A stretch of DNA of 64,000 nt from Leptospiraceae bacterium. Lineage in GTDB: Bacteria > Spirochaetota > Leptospiria > Leptospirales > Leptonemataceae. The position numbers and the translations under genes were made by a program. Shown one piece after another: positions 49,557 to 58,608 of this stretch (positions within the stretch are counted from its first letter, which is position 1; the number at the start of each line of letters is the position of its first letter). The stretch covers positions 72,424 through 136,423 of the forward strand of contig JAVJNR010000007.1 in NCBI GenBank assembly GCA_040217195.1, given 5' to 3'. The notes under the pieces are model-generated. The model saw only the letters and a program-made list of their open reading frames with translations. It was not told the origin of the DNA and ran no database searches.

Positions 49557-50216
49557 ATGAATCCAAACTCCAATATTTTTCAATCCGTGTACTTTAGAAC
49601 TACCTATCCAGACCAGGAAGGTTTAACGGAAACTCCGTTGATTGCATTTACCGGTCGCTCCAACGCCGGGAAATCTTCCTTGATTAGCGCACTGTGTAAT
49701 CAAAAGAATCTGGCCAGAGCCGCAAGAACTCCAGGGAAAACTCGCAATCTAAATGTCTTCGAAGGCAATCTGGAGGGAAATCCATTTTATCTCTGCGACC
49801 TTCCCGGCTTTGGATACGCAAATCTGCCGCGAGAGGAACGTAAGAGGCTGGGAAAGATAATCGAAGGATTTTTTCTGGAAGCACCGGGACTGACCATGAC
49901 TCTGATTTTGTGCGATAGCGCCCGGTGGCCTGGCGAAGAAGAAGCGGCCATAGAACAAATTCTGCTAAACAAGGGTGCACGATGCCAATGGGTATTCACC
50001 AGATGGGACAGACTAAATCAGAAAGAAAAGGCAAAAGCCAGAAAGCGATGGAAAGAAATGGGCATTGCCTCAGAGGCTGTGGCTGTTTCCTCGACAAAGG
50101 GCACCGGCTTAAATGAACTCAGAAAGCGAATTCGCAGAAATGTTGCCGGTTACTACGGACTAAATGAGCAATCAACCGAGACCCAGCAAGATCCGGATCC
50201 TGAAACTTCAGGGTGA
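49557..50216 (+). CDS. engB: Ribosome biogenesis GTPase EngB/YsxC/YihA
   Basis: GRSNAGKSS, TPGKT, DLPGFG, VSS..G.G. Confidence 0.9.
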   Translation: MNPNSNIFQSVYFRTTYPDQEGLTETPLIAFTGRSNAGKSSLISALCNQKNLARAARTPGKTRNLNVFEGNLEGNPFYLCDLPGFGYANLPREERKRLGKIIEGFFLEAPGLTMTLILCDSARWPGEEEAAIEQILLNKGARCQWVFTRWDRLNQKEKAKARKRWKEMGIASEAVAVSSTKGTGLNELRKRIRRNVAGYYGLNEQSTETQQDPDPETSG

Positions 50217-50255
50217 GCCAAATTACTATTCCAAATTCATGTACGAAATGGCCTA

Positions 50256-51167
50256 CTACTCCGTAATATCGAACGGAGAGGTTCCGTTTCTGTGGGCCTG
50301 CAAAGCTCGGTTCATAGTATCGATGAGCATTTGATCTGTGACGCTCTGTCCATCTCTGGACCAGGAAAGGTGGCCAGCATCCGGAATGCGATAAAATCTT
50401 CTGGGCGGTCCAAGAGATTGATACAGATCCTTTCCATTTTCGTAACCAACAACCGGATCCATGCTAGAATGCATGACGAGCACAGGAATGGGCGAAATTT
50501 CATTAATTGTTTCTTCCGGCGATCTGCGATTGGAGAAGAAAAATGATACGAAAGGAGCCAGAGGAGCAAAAAGGATTTCGCTGGCCTTACGCTCCACTAT
50601 CCGTCTATAAGAGGGAAAGGTACTATCGGCTACAAAAAGTGCCACCTCATTTCTGGCATCTGAATCCACAATGGCGCGCAACGCCACAGCACCTCCGAGA
50701 CTCTGACCAAGAATAATTAACGGTACACCTTTTTCGTATGCACGGCCACTGGCTTCCGAAAGAGCAACCAGAGCATCCTGATAGGTATTCTCCGGAGATG
50801 GAGTGCCATCCGATTTGCCATAACCGCGATAGTCAAAAATCATTACATCAAATCCGTACCGGACTAACCAGGCAGATAGCAAAAAATGGGAAGATATATT
50901 CTGAGCGTTTCCATGAAAATGAAGAACTACAGCTTTCGTTTGTTTCGTCTGAGACGGGAAGTACCAGAAATGTATTCGCTCATCGTCCTGGACTTTTAGG
51001 AAATCGGATTCATATTCGAACGAGAATTCCTCCGGATCATAGTAGCTTCTATTATCCGGGAAATAGTACAGGGACGAACATCCGCCAGAATACCAGGCCA
51101 TCACAGTTAACAAAATCACGGGAATTAACAAGACAAGAAAGCGTTTCTTTTTTTGGTCGATTGACAT
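50256..51167 (-). CDS. Alpha/beta hydrolase, probable lipoprotein
   Basis: HFHGNAQN, FDYRGYG.S.G, GQSLGG, D and H of the triad. Confidence 0.9.
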   Translation of the reverse strand: MSIDQKKKRFLVLLIPVILLTVMAWYSGGCSSLYYFPDNRSYYDPEEFSFEYESDFLKVQDDERIHFWYFPSQTKQTKAVVLHFHGNAQNISSHFLLSAWLVRYGFDVMIFDYRGYGKSDGTPSPENTYQDALVALSEASGRAYEKGVPLIILGQSLGGAVALRAIVDSDARNEVALFVADSTFPSYRRIVERKASEILFAPLAPFVSFFFSNRRSPEETINEISPIPVLVMHSSMDPVVGYENGKDLYQSLGPPRRFYRIPDAGHLSWSRDGQSVTDQMLIDTMNRALQAHRNGTSPFDITE

Positions 51168-51330
51168 TAGATTGATTTCAGAATTAGCAAAGAGTTTCTT
51201 AATCCGCCAGGGTTCATCAGAATATTCAACTCAATTTTCCGTCTAAATCTGGATTGTCAAATTCTACCCTTGTTCTACTCTCCCACAATATAGATAGAGA
51301 CTGTCCGCAGGACAGAATCTGAAGGCCAAC

Positions 51331-52461
51331 ATGAAGCTAAAAGAAAAGTTAAAGAACTGGGTGGATGAAGGACTCATCAACAGCTCCCAGGCTACAGCCA
51401 TCGAAGAATTCGAGTCCGAGCAAAGTTCCCGACCCTATGCAATGTACAGCTTCATAATTCTGGGTGTTGCTGTTATTTCAGTGGGCCTGATTTCTTTAAT
51501 CGCAGCCAACTGGGAATCGATTCCGGATGGAATAAAACTATTCGTCGATTTTCTAATTCTCATTTCTGCGGGAGCTGCAATTTACTACTTTCGAAACACT
51601 GCCATACTTTTCTATTCCCTGGGAGTATTCTTTTCCCTGTTTGTACTGGCTTCCATTGGACTTATCTCGCAGGTCTTTCATACATCGGGTGAATTCTATC
51701 AGGCAGTGGCCCTTGCTCTATTTCTTACCGCTCCCTTGATGATTTTACAGAATGGACGATTCTTGCTTCATCTCTGGATCATTGGATTTTGTTTCTCTTT
51801 TCTGAGTTTCGCTTTTGAGAATTACTCCTTCGATGATGATGTGGCCTTGAACCTAGTTCATCTGTTAAGTCTCGGTAGCATTCTACTACTGACCAGTCTG
51901 TTACTACGAAGTGCAGGACCGAACCTGGAGAATCATTCCAGAGCAACCATGTTCTGGGCTCTTGCATCTCTGTCCGGGACCGCCTTTGCCCTATCATTTA
52001 ATGCTCTAGAGGCAGAAGATGTAAAAGACTCCGGCGTTGAATTGGGCGTACTTCTACCAAGCATACTGCTGGTTTGCAGCGCGGCCTATAGCTTCTTCAT
52101 GTTGCCCCGGACTCTTGGCCGGCGAATCATGACTTTGATCACTTTTGGCCTGCTCTACTTTCTATTCTTCTTCAGCTTCTTCGTATACCCTGTGGGCGAC
52201 AAGAGTATATATCTGGCTTTGATTTTCGTACTGCTTGCAATGTCTGCAGGAATCACGTTTTTCGATTACAGATTCGTTTTCGACTTTTTTCTGGTTCTGG
52301 CCGGAATTCGATTTCTAATCGTTTACTTCGAATTATTTGAAGATCTGGCGACCACTGGAATTGGGTTAATTGTAGCCGGTGCCGTGATCATCGGAGGAGT
52401 GGTGCTCTATGCCAGGAGCCGTTCAAGAATTCAGTCCTTTCTGCAGGAGCGCCTAAAATGA
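51331..52461 (+). CDS. DUF2157-family membrane protein
   Basis: W...GLI...Q, AANW..IP, LISQ.FH; many TMs. Confidence 0.85.
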   Translation: MKLKEKLKNWVDEGLINSSQATAIEEFESEQSSRPYAMYSFIILGVAVISVGLISLIAANWESIPDGIKLFVDFLILISAGAAIYYFRNTAILFYSLGVFFSLFVLASIGLISQVFHTSGEFYQAVALALFLTAPLMILQNGRFLLHLWIIGFCFSFLSFAFENYSFDDDVALNLVHLLSLGSILLLTSLLLRSAGPNLENHSRATMFWALASLSGTAFALSFNALEAEDVKDSGVELGVLLPSILLVCSAAYSFFMLPRTLGRRIMTLITFGLLYFLFFFSFFVYPVGDKSIYLALIFVLLAMSAGITFFDYRFVFDFFLVLAGIRFLIVYFELFEDLATTGIGLIVAGAVIIGGVVLYARSRSRIQSFLQERLK

Positions 52462-53015
52462 GACAAAAGCTTCTGATTGTTGCACTTGTATTTCCTATTC
52501 TAGGTCTGGGCCTTATCACTGGAATTCGCGCCTACAAAGCCAGTAGTGGTTATGAAATGAAATTCGATGTAAAAGGGTATGACCCCAGAGATTTGCTTTC
52601 CGGCCATTACGTACAATATCGCGTGGATTATGGTCCCATTGCAGAATGTGATGAACTTGAGGATACCATTCCGTTGAAGGAAAACGAAGAACCCTTGAAT
52701 GCGAAAGAGAATAACTTAGAAACCTGTGTCTGTTATTCGGACCCCTCTGAACCTACCAGTGGATACTGGAAATCCTGTGATTCAGTAGAATCCTGTCCTG
52801 TGTTTATCCGTGGCAACTGCAAGTATGGTCGCTTTGAAGCAGGGATAGAAAAATTCTTCATCCCGGAAAATAAATCTAGATATTATGATTCTGTTCTTCG
52901 CACCCAGGGAGGAGAATTGACAGTGAAAATCGATTCGGGAGGTCAGGCTTCAATTGTGGATCTGATTCTCCCGATAAGCTTTGAGCAGTGGCAGTCAAGC
53001 AAGACGGGGCAATAA
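52458..53015 (+). CDS. GDYXXLXY-domain membrane-anchored protein
   Basis: YDPRDLLSGHYV, GIEKFFIPE; usual partner of DUF2157. Confidence 0.82.
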   Translation: MRQKLLIVALVFPILGLGLITGIRAYKASSGYEMKFDVKGYDPRDLLSGHYVQYRVDYGPIAECDELEDTIPLKENEEPLNAKENNLETCVCYSDPSEPTSGYWKSCDSVESCPVFIRGNCKYGRFEAGIEKFFIPENKSRYYDSVLRTQGGELTVKIDSGGQASIVDLILPISFEQWQSSKTGQ

Positions 53016-53020
53016 TCCTT

Positions 53021-55687
53021 TCAGCTATTCGCCCTGGACATAGCTGTAAGGGCTTCCCTATGTGAAGGTTCCTGAATAAGAATTTCCCGGGCAATTTGCT
53101 GGGCTCGAATTGAGTCTCCCTCATCGAGAAGCATCTTGAGCAGCAAAGTTAGATTGTCCGTACGATGGGGACTTCTAATTCGCAGTCGTTCGCAGAGCTG
53201 GATGGCCTGCCGTCGATATTCCGATTTCTGTCCTATCAAGTTTGCAGATTCCAGAAAAAGTCCATCATGGGAGGGATTATGGTTCACCGCTTCCAGAACG
53301 AGTTTCAAGGATTGCCCTGTGTCCTCGGCCCAGACCTGTTTCGCACGTTGCAGCTTTAAGGAGGCTTCTTTCTGACGGTCCGAAGAGGCGGGGAAGTGAC
53401 CGGGAGGCGGATCTTCGCGAAACGCCACTCGAAGAATAGAAAGGTCATCTGTAAGCTCACCGGTCTTCAGAACCTCCTGCACAACCCCTTCCAGAGAACC
53501 AGATCCTCGTTCAACGGATGAAAGAAACAGTGTATGATCTTCATTCAATCGCAACTCGCCCGAATCACTGTCTGTAATCATTAGATCGTCCCTTCCATCG
53601 GAACCAAGAAATAGAATGTCCCCGGATTCCATCAGGAAAGTTCGAAGATAGAACCCGGCATCAAAGCCATCCACACCCAGCTTACGCAGCATCAACCCTT
53701 CTTCCAGAAATCTTGCCTTACCCCCGGTGTAGGACACCGTCCAGGGATGCTCTGCATTTAACAACAGTAGAAAACCGGTCTCTTCTTCGAGTAAGCCAAT
53801 AACTGCTGAGACAAGCATACTACCATCGAAACTACAAAATACATCCTGGAGTTCCTTGAAACAATCCTTGAGCCATCGCTCCGGACTGCGACTTGCAGCA
53901 AGGGGATCCATTCTAGTTCGGGTAACCAATGATTTGAACACTGTTCCTACCACGATAGCACCGCCAGCGCCCTGAATGGATTTGCCCATAGCATCTGCAT
54001 TGATAAAGGCAATGTATCTTTTTCCATTTAGATCCAGAGAATATGCGATGGACAGATCTCCTCCTATCTCCGAAGACCTGTGCTTGAATTGGAACTGCTT
54101 TTTCTGCCTGGAGTAAGATTCCACATGGACCAGGGGAGAATCCACATGAACTCTTGCCAGCGGATGTAATAATAGAGATGTCAGAAAATAGTCCCCATCC
54201 TGCTGAACCTTCAGACTACGAACCTGGTGCAGAGTTTCCTGGAGCTCTTCCGTTCTCTTCTCCACCTTGCCTTCCAGGGTTGTATTCAATTCTTCAACCT
54301 GCTCGTTGACTCGCACAAATCGGTTGGCCAGGATTAACCCAAGGCCAAGAACAAAAATTGAAAATGCAAACCCGGCCAGTCTGGGTAGATTCAGAATACC
54401 AACGTTAGTCAAAGAATCAGTAACCGCAGCACCCAGAAGAATAAAGACTCCGCCAATCATATAGTAGGCATCCCGGTCGCGCTTGATGATTCTATAGATT
54501 AAAATTCCCACTGCGCCAAGAACATAAGCCGGCCAGGCAAGAATCTTCTGATTGTAATGCACATTAACGGAGGACCAGAGAGCAGCACTATCGGAATAAA
54601 GTACAATTCCTATAAAGACGACAACGGAGATTCCGGGGATAAGCATCCCCAGATCCAGAGCGCGAGTCCATCTATTCCTGGGAAGCTCAAAGTATGTGCG
54701 AAAAAAATAGTAGAAGGAAGGTACCATGAGAAACAGAATCACATACTCGATTCTTTTCCAGAGTAAGAAATCATCCAGAACATCGTATTTTAATTGTGTG
54801 CGAAAGAACTGGTAGATTACGAGAAGGTAGCCGAACACCGCAAAGGATAGATTCTCCCTTTCCTTCTGTCGTCTCAAGAATAGGAATAGAAAATACGTGG
54901 CCACCGTGAAGTAGGCGATGAGAAAAGCCGCAGTGAAAAAATTGTAGGAATAAAATTGAGAATAGATAGTTTCGGCAGGGCCAATAGAAGTTTCATCAGG
55001 ATACATTCCCCAGCGAAAATTCAGAGAATAGCCACGTACCTGTACCAGTAATAAATTTGTCCCACTCTTGAGCTTCGCTCCTTCAAAGCTATATATCCTG
55101 TCCCGATCGTAAGCCTGCGCTCTGGTGGCATCGAAATCGCCTGTGGACCCAATGGGAATTCCATTCAAAAAGGTTCTGTCCCGATCATCAATGGATCCCA
55201 GGGTTATTGCGAAGGCCCCCTCTGGCTCCCCGCTCACTTCGAAGCTACGACAGTACCATATCACGGGATGGGAGGGATCGGTGGCCAGACCCTTGCCCGG
55301 AAGCTCCCGATTCCCTGTGGCTTTCTTGAATTCAACACCTGGATAAGCACTCTGACAGGACTCTGCGGATATTGTGGCCCGGGGATCCAGCGGCTCATCT
55401 GTGATCCACCAGGATTGGCTGTCAGAAGATTCCAGGCTCATAACCTTCTGCCCATGGAATGCTGGTTCTGCTATCAAATTCTGGCTGCCGGAGAATATCA
55501 GAAGCATGAGAACCAGCAATACAGAAGAGCTGGCTCCGGAAGCCGCGCTACCAGTGGAGCCCGGGCTATCGATTGCGCTTCGTTTTTTCAACGAACGGCC
55601 TTTGATTGATAGAACAGTCAACTTCGCCTCTTTAATCGGGCTTCGGGAACCCAGAATCGTTGTTGCCCGATCCAACACGGTGGTCAC
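53021..55687 (-). CDS. Sensor with sugar-binding-like periplasmic domain, 7TM region and SpoIIE/PP2C phosphatase (start probably later than the ORF start)
   Basis: WY.R.F, LG.IDD.D..FLNG..IG; 7 TMs; QQDGDYFLTSLL, GGD, DAMGKS.QGAGGA, NAEHP, GSDGRDD, TDD (Leptospira-type). Confidence 0.85.
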   Translation of the reverse strand: MTTVLDRATTILGSRSPIKEAKLTVLSIKGRSLKKRSAIDSPGSTGSAASGASSSVLLVLMLLIFSGSQNLIAEPAFHGQKVMSLESSDSQSWWITDEPLDPRATISAESCQSAYPGVEFKKATGNRELPGKGLATDPSHPVIWYCRSFEVSGEPEGAFAITLGSIDDRDRTFLNGIPIGSTGDFDATRAQAYDRDRIYSFEGAKLKSGTNLLLVQVRGYSLNFRWGMYPDETSIGPAETIYSQFYSYNFFTAAFLIAYFTVATYFLFLFLRRQKERENLSFAVFGYLLVIYQFFRTQLKYDVLDDFLLWKRIEYVILFLMVPSFYYFFRTYFELPRNRWTRALDLGMLIPGISVVVFIGIVLYSDSAALWSSVNVHYNQKILAWPAYVLGAVGILIYRIIKRDRDAYYMIGGVFILLGAAVTDSLTNVGILNLPRLAGFAFSIFVLGLGLILANRFVRVNEQVEELNTTLEGKVEKRTEELQETLHQVRSLKVQQDGDYFLTSLLLHPLARVHVDSPLVHVESYSRQKKQFQFKHRSSEIGGDLSIAYSLDLNGKRYIAFINADAMGKSIQGAGGAIVVGTVFKSLVTRTRMDPLAASRSPERWLKDCFKELQDVFCSFDGSMLVSAVIGLLEEETGFLLLLNAEHPWTVSYTGGKARFLEEGLMLRKLGVDGFDAGFYLRTFLMESGDILFLGSDGRDDLMITDSDSGELRLNEDHTLFLSSVERGSGSLEGVVQEVLKTGELTDDLSILRVAFREDPPPGHFPASSDRQKEASLKLQRAKQVWAEDTGQSLKLVLEAVNHNPSHDGLFLESANLIGQKSEYRRQAIQLCERLRIRSPHRTDNLTLLLKMLLDEGDSIRAQQIAREILIQEPSHREALTAMSRANS

Positions 55688-55696
55688 TTTTTCCCT

Positions 55697-56269
55697 ATGA
55701 GCGATTCAGATCAAGGCGCTTCCACGAATGCAAGCATGGAAGAATTATCCGAGTGGGAAAAAGATGCATTGAAACGAATGGAAGGTAAATTCTCTCTTTC
55801 GCCGGAAGAGGAAAGTCCATATAAGGACCTTAGCCTAATCCATAAGGATGTGATACGAGGCAGTCATTTTCTGGCTTACGAAGGCGAAGACCCTGATAAA
55901 CCAATCTGTATCTATTCTGAAAAGAATCGCTTTCGGGCTATTCTGACCATGTTGACCGGCAGCTGGGCTGCTGATCTGGATATTCTTCTGGATCTTATTC
56001 TTAAAGCTGAATCCGAAGAACTGGACAGCTACGAAGAAGACGAACTGGATACATTTGGAATACGGGTGAATGCAGAAAGTTATGTGATCGGATACCTCAC
56101 CGGGGGTAGTAGTCCGATTGTGGCCACAAAAGACCTGCTGCTACAGATACTGGAATTCTATGTAACATCCATGGAAAGCTTAAAGAGGGTATTCTCACAG
56201 GATGCCATAGAAGCCCACCGAGTGCGATTGTCCAAAATTCGCCAGACGCTGGAAACACAGCAGCCTTGA
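55697..56269 (+). CDS. Hypothetical acidic cytoplasmic protein
   Basis: 190-aa ORF filling the gap; no recognised motif. Confidence 0.65.
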   Translation: MSDSDQGASTNASMEELSEWEKDALKRMEGKFSLSPEEESPYKDLSLIHKDVIRGSHFLAYEGEDPDKPICIYSEKNRFRAILTMLTGSWAADLDILLDLILKAESEELDSYEEDELDTFGIRVNAESYVIGYLTGGSSPIVATKDLLLQILEFYVTSMESLKRVFSQDAIEAHRVRLSKIRQTLETQQP

Positions 56270-56309
56270 TCAGCGGTACTGGATAACTTTTGAGGTCAAG
56301 TTCGCAGAT

Positions 56310-56744
56310 TCAGAATCCAAAGAAAGAACTGCTTTCCCCTGGATTCCTTACGCACTGTGCGAAAAGCTTACTTGTAGGATCCAGGTCCATTGTGGCCGAA
56401 GTACCCGGCAATACGATACTTACAGTTTCGGAATTTGGATCCTGCTGAACCCAGAAGAAAAATGGGCCATTTACATCAAAGATCTTTCCCAGATCCCGGA
56501 CCTTTTTTCCCCGATACTGCTCCAGCAGAGCTCTGGATTCTGCCATAGTTGGCAAGCGACCGCCCTCATCGGCACAGTATTCTTGCGCTTCCGCCAGATT
56601 TAGTTTCTTGTCCGCCCGGAACCAGCAAAGGTTATCTTTAAATACCTCGCCATCGTCGCATTCGGATTCATCGGCCATAACCGAAAATAGGGCTCCGAAA
56701 AGGCCCAAAATCAAGATCAGTCCAATTGCACTCTTTCTCATCAT
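56310..56744 (-). CDS. Secreted protein with C-type-lectin-like/DUF1566-like fold
   Basis: Signal peptide; C..G.....CW......A..YC...GGRLPT..E...W...CVR. Confidence 0.6.
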   Translation of the reverse strand: MMRKSAIGLILILGLFGALFSVMADESECDDGEVFKDNLCWFRADKKLNLAEAQEYCADEGGRLPTMAESRALLEQYRGKKVRDLGKIFDVNGPFFFWVQQDPNSETVSIVLPGTSATMDLDPTSKLFAQCVRNPGESSSFFGF

Positions 56745-56954
56745 TTCCTCTGGCAGTACGACGGAATCTGATGGAGTATCGTTCAATTACCATGCTTTTT
56801 TTGACCATAGGATTCGGCCGGTATCCATGAATACGGTTCCAGAACAGCATTCTAATCAGCAGAATCCGAAAAGATGTTGAAGGCCGCAGTGCACGAATCA
56901 ATCAGGTTGTGATTTCAGTTGACCGGACACCACAGCCAGAGGACGGGGAAGTAC

Positions 56955-57026
56955 GCCCCCGTAGCTCAGCGGATAGAGCAGTGGTTTCCTAAACCATGTG
57001 CACAGGTTCGATTCCTGTCGGGGGCA
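56955..57026 (+). tRNA. tRNA-Arg (anticodon CCT), CCA not encoded
   Basis: Acceptor GCCCCCG/CGGGGGC, D-arm GCTC..GAGC, anticodon arm GTGGT-TTCCTAA-ACCAT, T-arm ACAGG-TTCGATT-CCTGT, discriminator A. Confidence 0.96.
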
Positions 57027-57027
57027 T

Positions 57028-58119
57028 ATGAATTCCCGCAACCTCAAAGAAAGAGTCCAGAGAGAAGTAGAGCGATTCGAAGAGATTGAGCAGAAACTAT
57101 CCTCTCCGGAGGTTTCTCAGGATCCTACTGCCTTCAAGGACCTATCCCGCCAGCACAGTCGGCTAAGCGCTCGCATCGAACCACTCCGAAAGTACCTGGA
57201 CCTGATTCGAAGATTGGACCAATCCAATGAGCTTTTAAAGGATGATTCCGCGGATTCCGAGCTCAAAGAGATGGCGGAGCTGGAAAAGCAGGAAATGGAG
57301 CAATCTCTGGATGCCATGCGAGATGAAGTGGAAACAATGCTTATTCCACCGGATCCAAATGATGGCAAATCCCTGATTGTAGAAATTCGGGCCGGCACTG
57401 GCGGGGATGAAGCCGGTCTATTTGTAGGCGACCTTCTGAAAATGTACACTAGGTTCTGTGAAGAAAATGGCCTGAAACTGGAACCGATCTATTATGCAGA
57501 AACCGAACTGGGCGGATTCAAAGAAGTAACCTTTTCCGTGGAAGGTAAGCGAGCCTGGGAATTGCTGCACAAAGAAGCAGGGGCCCACCGAGTTCAACGA
57601 ATACCAGTAACGGAAAGCGGCGGTAGAATCCATACTAGCGCCGTTACAGTATCCGTACTCCCGGAAGCAGAAGATGAAGATCTGGAAATAGAAGAAAAGG
57701 ATCTACGTGTAGATGTCTTTCGCGCCAGTGGTGCCGGCGGTCAACACGTCAATAAGACTGAATCAGCCGTGCGAATGACTCATATTCCCAGCGGTATTGT
57801 AGTTTCCTGTCAGGATGAACGAAGTCAGCTGAAGAACCGGGCCAAAGCCATGAAGGTTCTTCGAGCCAGGCTTCTAGAAATGCGCGAAGAAGAAAGACAT
57901 GCACTGGAAGCGGCAGCCAAAAAGGAGCAGGTAAAATCTGGAGACCGGTCAGAAAGGATTAGAACTTATAATTTTCCCCAGGGAAGAGTTACCGACCATC
58001 GTATTGGCTACACAGCCTATAATCTCAATGAATTGATGGAAGGAGATATGCAGGACCTGCTGGATGCAATCATTCAAGCAGAAAAAGAAGAAAAGCTAAA
58101 GCAATTGCAGGATGCCTGA
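57028..58119 (+). CDS. prfA: Peptide chain release factor 1
   Basis: EIRAGTGGDEA, PVT tripeptide, GAGGQHVN, RIRTYNFPQ. Confidence 0.97.
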   Translation: MNSRNLKERVQREVERFEEIEQKLSSPEVSQDPTAFKDLSRQHSRLSARIEPLRKYLDLIRRLDQSNELLKDDSADSELKEMAELEKQEMEQSLDAMRDEVETMLIPPDPNDGKSLIVEIRAGTGGDEAGLFVGDLLKMYTRFCEENGLKLEPIYYAETELGGFKEVTFSVEGKRAWELLHKEAGAHRVQRIPVTESGGRIHTSAVTVSVLPEAEDEDLEIEEKDLRVDVFRASGAGGQHVNKTESAVRMTHIPSGIVVSCQDERSQLKNRAKAMKVLRARLLEMREEERHALEAAAKKEQVKSGDRSERIRTYNFPQGRVTDHRIGYTAYNLNELMEGDMQDLLDAIIQAEKEEKLKQLQDA

Positions 58120-58130
58120 AACTGATCTCG

Positions 58131-58212
58131 TATACTTCCTGGCTCTTACCCAGGAAGTATAAACTGGCGGCTATCTTGAATTAACGGGGAACCCATTCGA
58201 AGAATGGGTTTC
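58131..58212. terminator. Two hairpins between convergent genes
   Basis: TATACTTCCTGG-N7-CCAGGAAGTATA (58131-58161) and AACCCATTC-GAA-GAATGGGTT (58190-58210). Confidence 0.6.
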
Positions 58213-58269
58213 AGAGTCCAGGAAACTCCATCTCTCACAGAATGCATTCATTTTCTGGAAAACAGAAAT

Positions 58270-58551
58270 TCAGCGAATTCGATCCTTCAAATCAATCAGA
58301 CATTGTTCCAGCACATGCTCCAGATCCGGATTCTCCCAGTCTTCGTAATCGGGCAGAGATTGGTACAGGATAGTTTCCAGATGATTCCTCAGAGATGGTC
58401 GTTCACGTTCGATGTACGTGTATAATCCATGATCTCGAATGCCCTGCTGCAGTTCCTGAAATTCGGTTAGACCAAATTCGATGCGATTACCGAAGAGAAA
58501 CCAGACGATTTGATCGCCCTCTTTTCTGCCCTGACTCTGGAGCTTTCTCAT
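58270..58551 (-). CDS. Small hypothetical protein
   Basis: 93-aa ORF downstream of and co-oriented with the ABC-F gene; globular-looking composition. Confidence 0.6.
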   Translation of the reverse strand: MRKLQSQGRKEGDQIVWFLFGNRIEFGLTEFQELQQGIRDHGLYTYIERERPSLRNHLETILYQSLPDYEDWENPDLEHVLEQCLIDLKDRIR

Positions 58552-58608
58552 AGATTATCGGTCCGGAACTTTATGGATGACCACCCGGGCATCATTTCTG
58601 CCATTGCT

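Noticed and set aside
56998..57027. ORF-track N-terminal extension of prfA (MHRFDSCRGH)
   Set aside because: Lies inside the tRNA gene; ATG 57028 gives a normal RF1 N-terminus
55697..58119. tRNA as integration site of a genomic island
   Set aside because: No integrase, and no duplicated tRNA 3' end seen; prfA directly abuts the tRNA
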